Source: Laetmonice hystrix
Lineage: Eukaryota
Reading direction: 5' to 3'
Length of the DNA: 64,000 bases
NCBI GenBank assembly: GCA_965235115.1
Contig: OZ249440.1
Location: 34,846,001-34,910,000, forward strand
Part shown: positions 25,157 through 37,389 of the stretch, in pieces
Layout of the letters: the number at the start of each line of letters is the position of its first letter
How positions within the stretch are numbered: position 1 is the first letter of the stretch
The notes under the pieces: model-generated
Databases searched by the model: none
Told to the model about the DNA's origin: nothing
What the model saw: the letters and a program-made list of their open reading frames with translations, nothing else
Program-made: the position numbers and the translations under genes

Positions 25157-26934
25157 AGGTCAAGTGCAAAGGTATCTGAATTCACGCAACTGAATGATGT
25201 CCCTAAGAGTTTAATTGCCAATAAAAACGAATCTTGTCCTTATTTAAGTTAAAACCCAAAATATTTCATAGTTTGAACAGGTTTTTAGTGGCATGTATTC
25301 TGATGCGCCGACCTGTGCCGCCTCGGTCGCTCTTCGGGTATTTCCGTCATGATCACGTGACGTGACGTAATTTGTGTCAAATAGCACAACTCTGGCACAT
25401 CTAGCCACCATGGCCACCGTCACTAGTCTCACAAACGACTCCGCAGTTCTACGTCTTGAATACGAATTCTGCAAGATGGTTTATTGTGTGGCACCCAACT
25501 GCCAAAACGGGTCTGCTTCGGGGGGTGGCACTGGCTTTTTCACCTTTCCATCAAACGCAGCTGTACGAAAATTGTGGATTGCCACCCCCGCCCTGTTGGC
25601 ACTCCACACACAGGCACAACAGACCCACCTGCCCTTGGTTGGGATCATGCTGATCCGCCCGGGGGAGGGGGGGGGGGGGTAACCGCGGTTAACTGGGGTT
25701 GCAACCCCCGGGCCCCGTTACGACGTAATTTTTTCTGCTTCACCTTGAAAGGTTTAGGCCTACACAAAACATAGTCATAGGCCTAGCCCTAGGCCTACTC
25801 AAGTCTCAACCCCCCTCGCCGATACCGATCTAGGCCTACTTATAGCGTAGACGTTGCCAGTTGGACTTGGAGCATGTCGGATTGTCGCTTTGGGCTTGGC
25901 AGTCATGGGCCTATTAAATTGCCAATGAAGATGAAACCTTAGTCAATTTTAATAGCCTACAATGACCTACCTCGTGGGAAGCCAAGATTAATACACCACG
26001 TGACCAAGTCTTACGATTGTGATTGGACCAAATTAGCATATGCACGGACGCCGGAGGAAACATGTAAACATGAACTTGCTCGGCGGGTTGTCTATGCTTT
26101 GCATTTGCCTAGCATAATTAGCTATATTAAAGCGAGAGTCTCGTCCTTCAGCATTGTGCGATAGGCTGGCCATCCTAACGAGTAGGCCTAACGGTTGATG
26201 TGCTATTTATTGGACGTCTAACTAGCAGTAGCACTAGCAGATCGACCGTTTGGCCTTGGCTTGGCCTTGGGCGTTTGGGCTGGCTAGCGGCCAGTCTAAG
26301 CACACGCAGTCTAACGTTAGAGCGTTTTTAAAAAAAATAGTGTAGACCTGTAGTCACAGAGATATTAGCATTATGTAAGGGAAACATGTTTTACCCAACT
26401 TGGTGGGACACCCCCCCCCCCTCACCCTGCATAGCTGCGCCTACGCTACGGCCACGACCGTACCATTGCATTGGACGCGTGTGCGGGCGGGGCATAAGCC
26501 CAAGGCTGGGCCTGCCCGAGGACTCGATGTAAGCAGATGCTCGCCAGAGGTTCGTACATCTAGGCCTATATGGCTGAACCGTAAATTCCATTATAAGAAT
26601 CAAATGAGTCGGACTCCATACTTCAAATCGAGCTGTGCACTTAGAGAAGTTCCACGTCTTATGACCAAAACAATGGCAGCACGCGTGACCGCGGACTGTG
26701 CCTATCACTCTATGACACAGATTACGTCACGCTGGCCCTCTAGCGGCAGACAGGGGAGTTGCCGCCTTCACTGTCTTTCTTCGGCAGATTTCGAGAGCAA
26801 CAATTTTAACACAAACTTTGAAAAAAGGAAGCAGAGATTTGGAGTTTTCTTTATTATTTTCGTTGTTAGTGGCTATCAATAAAGGCTCAAATTATATTCC
26901 GAATGTAAAGTGGAGAGGGCTTTGCTCATCACCT
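25157..26934 (+). mobile_element. Non-autonomous Kolobok-type DNA transposon (1778 bp) inserted in the L1/Tx1 ORF2
   Basis: TTAA duplicated at 25153-25156 and 26935-26938. Imperfect TIRs AGGTCAAGTGCAAAG and AGGTGATGAGCAAAG (12/15). Removal restores KIKSILKVWRMRN. Confidence 0.82.
25476..25584 (+). pseudogene. THAP zinc-finger N-terminal remnant
   Basis: MVYCVAPNCQN...FFTFPSNAAVRKLWIA fits the THAP pattern M-x2-C-x4-C...F-x-FP...W. It is truncated. Confidence 0.75.
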
Positions 26935-29900
26935 TTAAGGATGCTTTTTATTTTATCTAACTTGGGCTGATAATTAAGTTCATAGTTCTCTGTATTACTC
27001 CTGCAGCCAACATGAACACCAAGGAGGTATATAGGACCATCTTCCCATTTGAGGTTGAACGTGTCATCTTCTATGTAGCCACCTAGTCTTTTTGCTACAG
27101 TCTTATCAATGTTTACTTTCAGGCCAGCACATTTTTTGAACCTTTCTAGCAATCTTAACAGTTGTTCCAAAGAGGCAGCATCTTTTACGATACAGGTTGT
27201 ATCATCTGCTAACTGACTTATCGCAATCTTCTTCTTGTTTATTTTCAGACATTTTATTGCCTCGTTATTTTTAATTCTAGAAGCCATCACCTCTACCGCT
27301 AGGATGAACAAATAAGCCGAAGCAGGACACCCCTGACGAATGCCTCGTTCTGGTGCAAACCACTCGGTAAAGTTACCGTTGTTGCTTACACATGTTTGAA
27401 TTCCGTTATACATCGTGTTTACAAATTTAACAAATTTGTCTTTAAAACCGAATGATGTGAGTACCTTATTGATAAACCGCCAGGAGATGGAATCAAAAGC
27501 TTTTTCAAAATCTATGGCCAGTAGTATAGCAGGTTCCTTATATAGCCTCGTATACTCAATGACGTCTTCTATTAATCTTATGTTAGTCCCTATAAACCTT
27601 TTCTTTATATATCCAGTTTGGTCAGAACTAATTATCTGTGGCAAAATTTGTTCAATTCTGTTAGCTATTACTTTTGCTATGATTTTATAATCTGAACATA
27701 GAAGGGTGATGGGTCTCCAATTCTTTAAAAAAGAGTCGGTTCTTATCATTCTTAGGTATTAAGTTTATAACACCTCTTTTTTGGTCTTTACTCATTAGCC
27801 CTTTACGCATCGCATATGTAACGGACTCTGTTACAAAATCTTTTACCTTCGGCCAGAAGAACTTGTAAAAGTCTATCTGTAGCCCGTCTACACCTGGACT
27901 TTTATTGTTTTTTAAATCCCTTACTGCTTTTGCGATTTCTATATAAATCTGAGACATCTTCATCGCATTTGGTTGCTGCTTCCTGTGGAACTTGTATTAT
28001 TTTGCTTTGTAGGAATTCCGCATCATAACTTTCGTCATCATCACCTTTATTATAAAGGGTCTGATAGAATCTCCTTTGTTCTCTCAAAATTTGTTTTTGA
28101 TCTGTGATTTTTTGTCCATCTACTTCTAATTGAGAAATCACTTTGTTAAGGTAATTACGTTTTTCTAGCCCCAGGAAATATTTTGTGGACCGTTCACCGT
28201 TTTCCACCCATATTGCCCTAGACCTGAAGACTGCACCTTGTGTTATTTTTAGTTCAATGGTCTCTATTTCTTTTTTCAGATTGTCGAGCTCTTTGCATTC
28301 GTCCTGGTCTATATCTGTTTTTTGTTCGAGTTCAACTCTTCTCTCTTGCCTATTTTTTAAGGCTTTGTTCTGTTTTCTTTTCCTTTTAACACAGTATGGT
28401 ATAGTTTTATTTCTTATTTCGAATTTTACTAGGTCCCAGACAAGGCCTTTATCTTCCATTTCAGCATACCTGCCTCTGCATTCACCTACCAGTGTATTGA
28501 TCATATTTATATGTTTTCTCTTTTAACACGTCAAGGTTTAATTTCCACAGCCCTCGTCCTTTATGACCAGTATTATCACCATTCAATTTAAAGTGTATGA
28601 TACTATGATCAGAACATATCCCCGGGAGGATTTCGTTATTGGTTACAATGTTGAGCAGGTGTTCAGATACAAACCAGTAGCCAAGCCTACTCCACGTTTG
28701 CCCTCTTCGCAAGGTGAACTGTTTTATTTGCTTGTGTCCAGTTCTCCATAGATCGACCAAATCATATGTTTCACACACGGCTTTAAGCTGTTGTCTATAT
28801 GATTTGGATTCTACTCTGGTAGGATCTCTAGCTTGACTTCTATCTAGGATAGGATCATAATGTATGTTAAAGTCACCTCCTATTATAATATTTACGGCCA
28901 CATTTTGATTGATCCAATCAGAAATTACTCCAAGGCATGAGATCTGCTGCTCTTCTACGTCTGTATTAGGTGCATACACGTTAATGATGTGATAGACTTC
29001 TCCATTAACTATCAGCTCACAAATAAGTATCCTATGGACATATTATTGGGCTTAACCTAGAAATAAAATGTGTCTATTAATGTGGATTTTGGTGTATTCA
29101 AACTACTTAACAGTTACCTAAGAACCTCAAAGCTGCATATTCATTTATGGATATTATTAGCTAACCCACAGAAATATCATAATAATTAAAATAGGCTATA
29201 GGGCTAGGTTACCGACAGAAATGTTAAAATCATTAAAATCGGGTTGGGGTCGACAATTTAACTTTGATGGGGGGGGGGGGGGGGGGCAGGAAGATTTGGT
29301 TTAAGCAAAATATTTTTTGCGAATTCTCAGAACCAAAAATGTTGGCAGCTCTATTATTTTTTTCAAGCCTACCCAGAGCAGGGCAATGTGAATGTTGTGT
29401 GTGTGGGTGTGGGTGTGTGGCCTGGCCCTACTCCTACTCTACTAGTCCTAGCCTAGGCTGGGGATGGGAAAATTCTGGTCTCCCCCCCTCTCTCTCTACA
29501 CACTATGGTAATGAAATTATGGGGGTGGGGTAGATGTGTTCGTAATCACGTCTCAAACTGTCATCAAAATACTCTAAAGTAAGGGATCCGGCAACGGCAC
29601 GAGATGGCATGACAATGAATGATTGACATTGACAGTTTGTACAGGATTAGATTGGATTAGCACCCATTATCGCTCACCTATTCACCAACTCCTGCTTTCT
29701 CCCGCTGACTTTCGCCTTCCTTTTCCTCAGTTCATCCTTTAGGTTTAGCTGGCCTATGGACAGGCTACCATACCGTGATTCCATGATTATTCAAAAATAC
29801 GACAAATGTAGACAGATATCCGCTCTCCAGCCTCTCGCTGTCGTCGCGTAGCCGCGCACCAAAACGTCCCGGTTGCCTCGAGTCCGTCATAGCTTAGTTA

Positions 29901-29940
29901 CTGACAGCGCCGCCTCGCGGATTAGCTCTGAAAGATCCCC

Positions 29941-30083
29941 ATTCACCGTCCTCAGGTACCAGGACCTGTTCCTCCACCGACATGAGTCGCGACTCACGGC
30001 AAACAAGTCGCCCCATTTATTCGCCTCTTACGAACAGCCAGAGGGGGGCTGGGGAACATCCTTATACCCCGGTCCCCACGGGG
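29941..30083 (-). mobile_element. Isolated 5' end (~140 bp) of the I-group LINE
   Basis: Reverse complement of 45745-45884 with few differences. Confidence 0.88.
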
Positions 30084-30580
30084 ATAAGACTTAGAAGATG
30101 CCAATGATGCCATTATCTCTTGACATTCCCCTCTGTTCTCTGGTCACGTGATATCTTGACCTTTCCCGCTGTTTTCTTCTACCGGGGGACTGGAATTCCT
30201 CACTCTGTCGCTGACCAACACAACGTCCACACCCATTTCTCTTCACACTGTTTCTTTGCTTTTAGCCTATGCTGTGAGTTACCGCCCAACTCTGCATTTT
30301 ACGTATTTATTTTATCACCGGGACGAACAACAAAGAAGGCTTCTAAGCAGCAAGAACCACCCGAGGTCTGTGAGGCACAAACTCCAGCCAAGAAACGAAG
30401 GACACTTGCATCTTGTGCCTCAGAAATAACGAATGTCACTGACAGAGTTGGCCCAGTTGACTAACATTACAGCCCTCGTCACCAGTTTCCGAGCGCTAGC
30501 AGTCGCAGCGGCGCTGTCGGTAGCTGCGCCGGGGAGTCGGCGAGTGTTGGTGGCCGACGATGGGACGAATGGAGGCATAA

Positions 30581-31010
30581 GGCCGGGACTCCATGTGTAC
30601 GGAATGCGTTGTGCGGAGTGCGTGCTGCCGGAAAATCGATCCTACACATTTCCATTCAGGTGACTCCATATATCCGTGAAGCGTACTCCGTCATGCGGGT
30701 TGCGTGAAGCGTGCACGGACCGATCGCTCGGTGTTCGAATTTTTCCGGAACACGCGGCTTTGCCGCACCTAGAAATGACATAACTTGGACACGCTTCAGC
30801 GCTCTAGAGACCCGACTTGGAGATCTCTACACAGAGTTGAAATATCGACGACGAAGACGATGGCTGCATCTGTTATAGAGAAGCTGATAGAATTGATGCG
30901 ACAGAATCCTCCAATCTATGATGCATCAAGTAGAGACCACAGAGACGCTCAACTGAAAAGCAATATTTGGGACAGCATCGCCAAAGCGATGAATATTGCG
31001 AATTTTGACG
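30581..31010 (+). mobile_element. Harbinger-like transposon end with MADF/Myb-SANT exon
   Basis: TAA followed by a GGCCGGG terminus at 30578-30587. From ATG 30860: MAASVIEKLIELMRQNPPIYDASSRDHRDAQLKSNIWDSIAKAM (MADF pattern), ending at a GT donor. Confidence 0.65.
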
Positions 31011-32028
31011 GTGAATTGTACTGTAAAGGACCGTAGCAAAAGAACATGAGACCAAAAAGAAACAAAATTATTTGGTTCTCTGTCCTCCGTCCCCCTCCTG
31101 AGAAACGAAATTAGGGGAACATTTGGACATCTCCATAGAGAAAACATACAATAAACCTTATTTTAAAAATTGTGTTTATTTCTTTCGCTCAAACACTTTA
31201 ACATAAAATTGAAAAGGTGCCAGTAGTATCAAAAGTGAACCTTTCATTTCTTGCACGTCGCAGATGTTTAATTACCAGTGCTGGATCTAGGGTTGTGGGG
31301 ACCCTGAGACCAATAATGTTATGCCCTCCATCCAAACCATATAATATTAGTCAGAAATAATTTGTTCAAATTATGTTCATGTCAAGTAATCTGTAACGGG
31401 CCGTTCAAAATTTACGTAATGCTATTATACATGTACTATGAATTGTATTGTCTTGTATGAATATGTTGGTGGATCGGAATGCAGTAAGGGGTGATGAGAA
31501 GGCCATATGAGATATGACAAAATGATAATACAGAATCCGGGGAAATTGGGGAAAAGTCTGGGAATTTATAATACAAAATCCCTTGGACACCCTGTATCGA
31601 AAGGTTATAAATGAGTTATATATCTGAAGGAAATATACATATAAATACAGCAAACTCCAAGTTGATTTTTAGCTATGACAAATTATAAGGAACATAGCTA
31701 GCTATGCTGAATAAGGAATGGGGGAGGGGTGTACGTGATCATGATGGTCGACAAGACCAACCTTGCAAGGTCTGAAAGGTACTGTTTTTTTGGAGATCAG
31801 AAGGAATCCATAAAGATTAAAAAAATAAAATGTTATCCCATAAACCCCAGCTAGTAAAAACTTCAACAAATCAGGAAAAAAGGTCAGTTGAAACATGAAA
31901 ATGTCTCAGAATACACTAGAGCACAATTTCAACACTTTCGGGGGAGGGGGGGGGGGGTTCGGCTCACCATCGAAACCAAGCTCTTGCACCAATCGATGGT
32001 ATGCGCCCTGCGTCTTTCTCCTTCTACA

Positions 32029-32092
32029 TTCGCCGTGAATATGGCCCCGGATGCCGACACGGCGGAAAATCACCACTACACACACACACACC
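32029..32092 (+). mobile_element. Minimal LINE 3' end with (CA)n tail
   Basis: CGCCGTGAATATGGCCCCGGATGCCGACACGGCGGAAAATCACCACTA followed by CA repeats. Confidence 0.8.
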
Positions 32093-32339
32093 ATACGTCA
32101 CGCACCCACCACCGATGCTGTCTGATGGCTTTCCTGTGCTTTAAGAGCCAGGTGCCTGTTAGGAGAAGCAGAAGTTCCTCCTCATCTTCTTCTACCTGTC
32201 TCAATGGGGCCATGTTGTGTCGGTCGCTTAAGCACCGGTGACTGACGCACACATGGAGTCACGTCCCCTCATGTGAACGGATACCCCAGGCCGCACACCT
32301 TCCCGCACAACGCATCACGCATTCCGTACACATGGAGTC

Positions 32340-33321
32340 CCAGCCTAAGAGAGATGGCGCGTCTCCTTTTGCAGTTGTGTACAGTTAGTGGACAACCTGA
32401 TGCAAAGCTGGATGACTTCATCAATCCAGATACATTTAGAGCCATCATTGCAGCAGCAAGACGGGTTGCAGGTTTGGAAAGTGAGGATCATACTTGCAAG
32501 ACGCCATCTCGGCCACGGTTTGAAAAAATGCGCCAGAATCTGCCAAGGTCAAGCGATTGAGACGGACAACGATGAAAGACAAAAGAAGGTTAAATCCTTC
32601 CTGAAGGTGTTGGATATAAATTGAACTGAGGAGATGTCCTCGCATGCCTTGCAAACCTTGTACGAGCAGAAGAGAAATAAAGTAAAACCACTCCCTCTCG
32701 CAGATGATGTTCGAATTTTGGCAAAACATCTTAAAGAAAAAGGAATGGCAGCTGCTACATTCTTTAAAGACACAAGTGCAAGAGAGTGAGAAGGCAGCCT
32801 CTAAGGTTTGGTTATGGAAAGATTGACAAGCCTCGAACAAAATCTTAGCAGGCACTTTCATCATGGAAGAACGGTGCCTATCCTGATGACAGATTGAGAA
32901 GAAACAAAAGGATGGCTTGATATCCTGATGGAGACCTGACCCAGGGTTGGAATTCCCACAGAAAATACCTGTGTTTGCTCGATCCAACTATGGCTCACTG
33001 GATCATGTCAGGGGTTCAGATGGCCTCAGGGACACAGAATACGGTGCCAAACAACCCCAACTTCCTCACTCTACAAAGCTAAGAAAGCAAATCGCTACAA
33101 TGAATCAGGTTCTCAACTTGAAAGAGCATGAACTAGACGTTCTTGCAAGATTTTTAGGGCATGATATAAGAGTCCATTGGGAATATTACCGGTTGCCCGA
33201 CCAGATACTCCAAGTAGCAAAGGTATCCAAACTTCTTATGGCAATGGAGAAGAGAGGAAAAGGATTGAGACTCGGACAAAATCTAGATGACGTCAACATT
33301 CAGGAGGATGAAGGTAGCTAA
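32340..33321 (+). pseudogene. Tyrosine-recombinase-like pseudogene
   Basis: Frames join as SLREMARLL...LGHGLKKCA...KPLPLADDVRIL...STKLRKQIAT...LARFLGHDIRVHWEYYRLP. The LRK...LGH...Y spacing matches YR box II. Stops and frameshifts are present. Confidence 0.65.
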
Positions 33322-35617
33322 ATTACCAGTGGTGGATCCAGCTGGGAGGGGGGGGGGGGCAGGAGGCGCCCCCCCCCCTATTTCGTGCAGACTAATCTTT
33401 AAAATCTGGTAGGAAGCTAATGACAAGTGGTTACAGGGTATATATAATGGGATTGGGGGGGGGGGGCTGGAGACCCCCTTTTCTTTAGTCTGCCAGGATG
33501 ACCTTTTAGGACGTTATCCTTTAAGTCCTATACGGTAGATGAGTAATGTCGGCTTGGTCCTCTAGGCCCTGAACTGGAAACCCGTACCTAACTTCAGGTT
33601 GCGCAGGTTGGGGAGGATTGATGGACAGGAGAAATGGACAGGGGCTCTGCCTGCATGGATAGGGAATATGGACTGGAAAAAAGTAATTTATTCTTCAACT
33701 TAGAGAGAAGATGGCTAGAGGGTTAGATATTCTATGGCTACATGGTCTCACAAAAAGTGGGGGGGGGGCAAGGATATTCGGGCCACCCCCTCTTGTGAGT
33801 GCCCCCCCCCCCCCCACGTTCCGACAGTTCCTTGCCATGGCGCCTGTAGATCTACGTCATCTAAACTAAAGTAACATCTAGGCCTATATCACAGAAGGAA
33901 ACCGTTTACACAAAGGATAGTCGTATTGATTGATATGACAGCTAGGACACGCTGTTGGATCGATCTGGAGTATTAGTGTGGGCAAGCAGTACTAATGTGG
34001 AGATTTGAAGTACTCGTGTGTTATTAGTTGTGGTTCAGAACATCATCTGGAGGAAAATCATCTGTCTGTCGGTAAATATGCACAGGTATCTATTTAAGAT
34101 GATGTCCATGCAGCATGGGAATGACTCTGCTGTAGACTGGTGTGCTCATTATTTTTGCCTCATCATAATCCAGTTTGCTTTGCTACGTCTGCAGAAAGTG
34201 ATGACCATCAATCTTGATGCCACTTTGTTGTAGAAACATGGGCTGACAGGATGGAGTGTGTTTTAATGATATTCCCGTTAGGGCCCGGGATAAAATAGGC
34301 TCCTTTTAGAAGTTTTTGCTGGTGTAGCACATCCTATTCAGCATTATTTTCCCTCAAATAGTCCAAAGAAACTAAACCTAATTTGTTTCCTGATAATAGA
34401 CAATATAAACCTATATAATTAAACTGTACAAAGCAGTATTAAACAGTACTCATGTGGGTGTCAAAAGGTGGCTTCTCACTAGTTGTGTGTAATCAAATAA
34501 TGAAGATGATGAAGATATACAGCTGATGAAGTGGGCCAAAGTTTAATTAAAGAAGAACACCTGATAAATTGGTGGGGCACTAACTGAAATCGGGGATGCC
34601 AGAAATTTGGGAAAGGTATAATAAATGTTTGTATAAAACATTATTAGATACAACAAAAGTGACTCTCTTCTTCATGATCTTGTGTTCTCAGTATAATCTT
34701 AACCTTTCCTAGTTTAGGAACAAATCATCCTTGAGCTACTTTGGTAATTTGGAGATGCAATTCTATCTGTTATTTTCACCATTGGATTTTTCCTCAAATG
34801 TGTTACAATGAGTTTTTGTGCCACGTGCATAGCTGCTTCCTGGAGTTGTATGCGTGATTTGTTGGAAAGTACAAGGCCCAATTGGTTCAGCCTAGTTTGC
34901 GCCTTGTGGGAAATAAACAGAATAATACACGTTTGGATATTTAAGGCTAGCAAAATATCTTTGTGTCCATTTTGTGAACCCCCATTGCAACACATATGAA
35001 CTCATTTCATGTTTGACGACACTCATGTAAATATATCTAAAATATAAATATATCTATTTTGTAAATACAAAAACCTCAAAAATAATATTAATAAAGATTA
35101 CCTTAGTACTAAAAAGGAAATCGGTGAGGCCTACTGTGTTCATACTCGATACAATTATTTGTTTAAACCTTGTTAACTGAATATGAATGAGGAGCATTCC
35201 ATATATTTTATTTTTTTATTATTTTTTTATATATTTATTACAAGCAGGACAGGAGTTTACATACACTAATACACAGAAGATAGTGAGACACAGTATTACG
35301 ATTTACATACACTGTTGCAATGATCACATATTCAATTAAGACAGTATACTTCCCATACATTTTATTTGCGTGGATATATATTCCAACTGCGTAGATATTC
35401 AGTTCTGCTTGCAACAACCGACCCATGTCAAGCGTCCATATTAGGTGTTTAATCATCTTGCACGGTATTCTCATAGTACACTTATAATTATTATGTAATA
35501 TGTTTATATTTACTCTTTCATGTAAGCCACCTTTAGTGGCAATCACTGTAGTGAGCCTGTGAAATGATGACAGATTGTGATATCTTTCCTTCATCAGGAT
35601 ACTGTAGCAGGGGGCAA

Positions 35618-35804
35618 AGTCAGACCAGGAGTGATTTTAGACTTTTTGTCAGAGGCTGGACTTCTGACCCTTTTATAGATGTGTTTTGGTGGTGTTCCCC
35701 TTGGGACCCGGGATAAAATAGGTTCCTTTGGTTTTATGGTCTTTTTTTCGCCGGGAAGATGGCCCGGATGCCGATACGGCGCAAAACCACCACTACTCAC
35801 TCAC
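35618..35804 (+). mobile_element. 187-bp LINE 3' end flanked by a 53-bp duplication
   Basis: LINE 3' UTR and tail. Flanks 35565-35617 and 35805-35857 are identical except for one base. Confidence 0.9.
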
Positions 35805-35934
35805 TGATGACAGATTGTGATATCTTTCCTTCATCAGGATACTGTAGCAGGCGGCAAGTGGCAGAACCAAAGCTGTGGTAAACACACCACTCTGCGGTAC
35901 GGCAACAGCACACATGGCATCGAAGAGGAAAGGT

Positions 35935-36617
35935 CAGGGCTCGAAAATTCCGCTCGCCTTATCGCCAAATGCGAATGAAAAGTTTGCCTTGGCGAGAACA
36001 AAATTCCAGCCGGTAGACATTTGGCGAATAAAACTTAATAAATTTCATCTAAAAAATTGCCACTCTTTTACCGCCATCCCCACGAACTCGATACATTGCC
36101 AGTAGTTTCTGGTTCTCGTCTTTGTTCTCAGACTTAACGCCTTAACCATCCCCCATCCCTAAACTTCAAATTTCATGGGAATGTTACTACGGGGAATAAT
36201 CACGTATGGGGCCTATACCACGTGGCTGAAGGGCGGGAAAAGTTAGTGTGCAAGCAACTCACTAGGTGGCAGCATGGCAGCATGAATGCTCTGACTGCGC
36301 CTTATCGGACAGTAAGCCTTACTTATGGATTTGGTCCTGGATTTTGCCTAAAAAGGGGGGGGGGGGTGCGCCTAATAACAAGGTGCGCCTTTAAAGACGG
36401 AAATTACGGTAGTGTCATTACGCCTACGCATTTAAAGGCAAATTAGATCCTAACACTAACACTAACAGGTGTAAAAAAATTATCAAAGGGAATTCTGAAT
36501 GGAACATGAAGGCTTGTTGAAAGCTTCCCGGGATTTAGCTGCCAAGTTGTGGCGAGTGAATTATAAGGTTTACTCGCCAAACGACTACTAAACTTTGAAT
36601 GGAATTTTCGAGCCCTG
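35935..36617. mobile_element. 683-bp hAT-type MITE with 6-bp TSD
   Basis: Perfect 17-bp TIRs CAGGGCTCGAAAATTCC. AAAGGT at 35929-35934 and 36618-36623. Confidence 0.85.
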
Positions 36618-37389
36618 AAAGGTACTCTGTAAAAGAAGCATTAATTCACTGAGAAGATTTTTTTACATTTCATTCAACAGTATTATGTAAGTTTTCCATG
36701 TTATTCTTAGTGAAGCACAATTTCCAAGAAGACATATTTAAAATCATATTATGTTATAATTTATAAGAAACTGAAAAAGAGACGTGGGAAAAAATTAAAC
36801 AAATAGTTCTTCCATTAAGTTTCCTTCATGATATTTCATTTAAAATCTGAAAAGTCATAATATTTTGGCTTTTTTGATGTTAAAAACCCTGTTTTTTTTC
36901 CATGCTTTAATTTTTTAATACCCGTTTCTCATTTCTTGAATGATGCCTTTCAGTAGCACATCTGCACTTTTTACAAGGTCAGTGATCGGCCTGTAGTTGT
37001 AGAGAATGGAGGATGATTGGCTGTTTCTTGTCATCAGTGAGGTACTCTGTGCTCTTAGCTGCCGCAGGAGTCTACCATGCTCTGTGTCCTCGTGGAGACA
37101 ACAATGGAAGTGGTCATTGATTTCATTGATTATTTCCTCCCTGAAAAGATCTCTTGAGCTGTGACAGGAGTGGTTCTGTCCATAGCTGTGTTCTGATGTA
37201 TTCTGTGCAGACAAAATGTCGCATTCTATTACATGCAAGTCTGAATGGTCATAACTTTCAGAGGCCAGCAGGATACTGGCCTTTTGGACTGAACCAGCGA
37301 CACATTTTAGACATGATTGATGGAATAAAAAGTATTCTGAGGAAAGAAAGTTTGTTTTACTATTTGAACAGCATTTTAGGGGTAGGGGT

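Larger units (their letters stand above)
23740..29033 (-). mobile_element. 5'-truncated L1/Tx1-clade LINE, ORF2 pseudogene
   Basis: APE endonuclease (NVYAPN, IIGGDFN, SDH; 28482-29030), linker, RT (KSPGVDG, NWRPITLL, IDFEKAFDSI, GIRQGCP, QLADDTT; 26935-27963) and C-terminal region with CNYC (23805-25156). Several frameshifts. AATAAA near 23745. Confidence 0.9.
34760..37380 (-). pseudogene. Intron-containing Academ-like (DUF6589-type) transposase pseudogene
   Basis: After removing two insertions, three exons splice in frame at GT-AG sites (36922/36626 and 35514/34902): ...IIQEMRNG|VPFLFDAMCAVAV...ILMKERYHNLSSFHRLTTVIATKGGLHER|AQTRLNQLGLVLS...NPMVKIT. The family call is from remembered similarity only. 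Confidence 0.55.
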
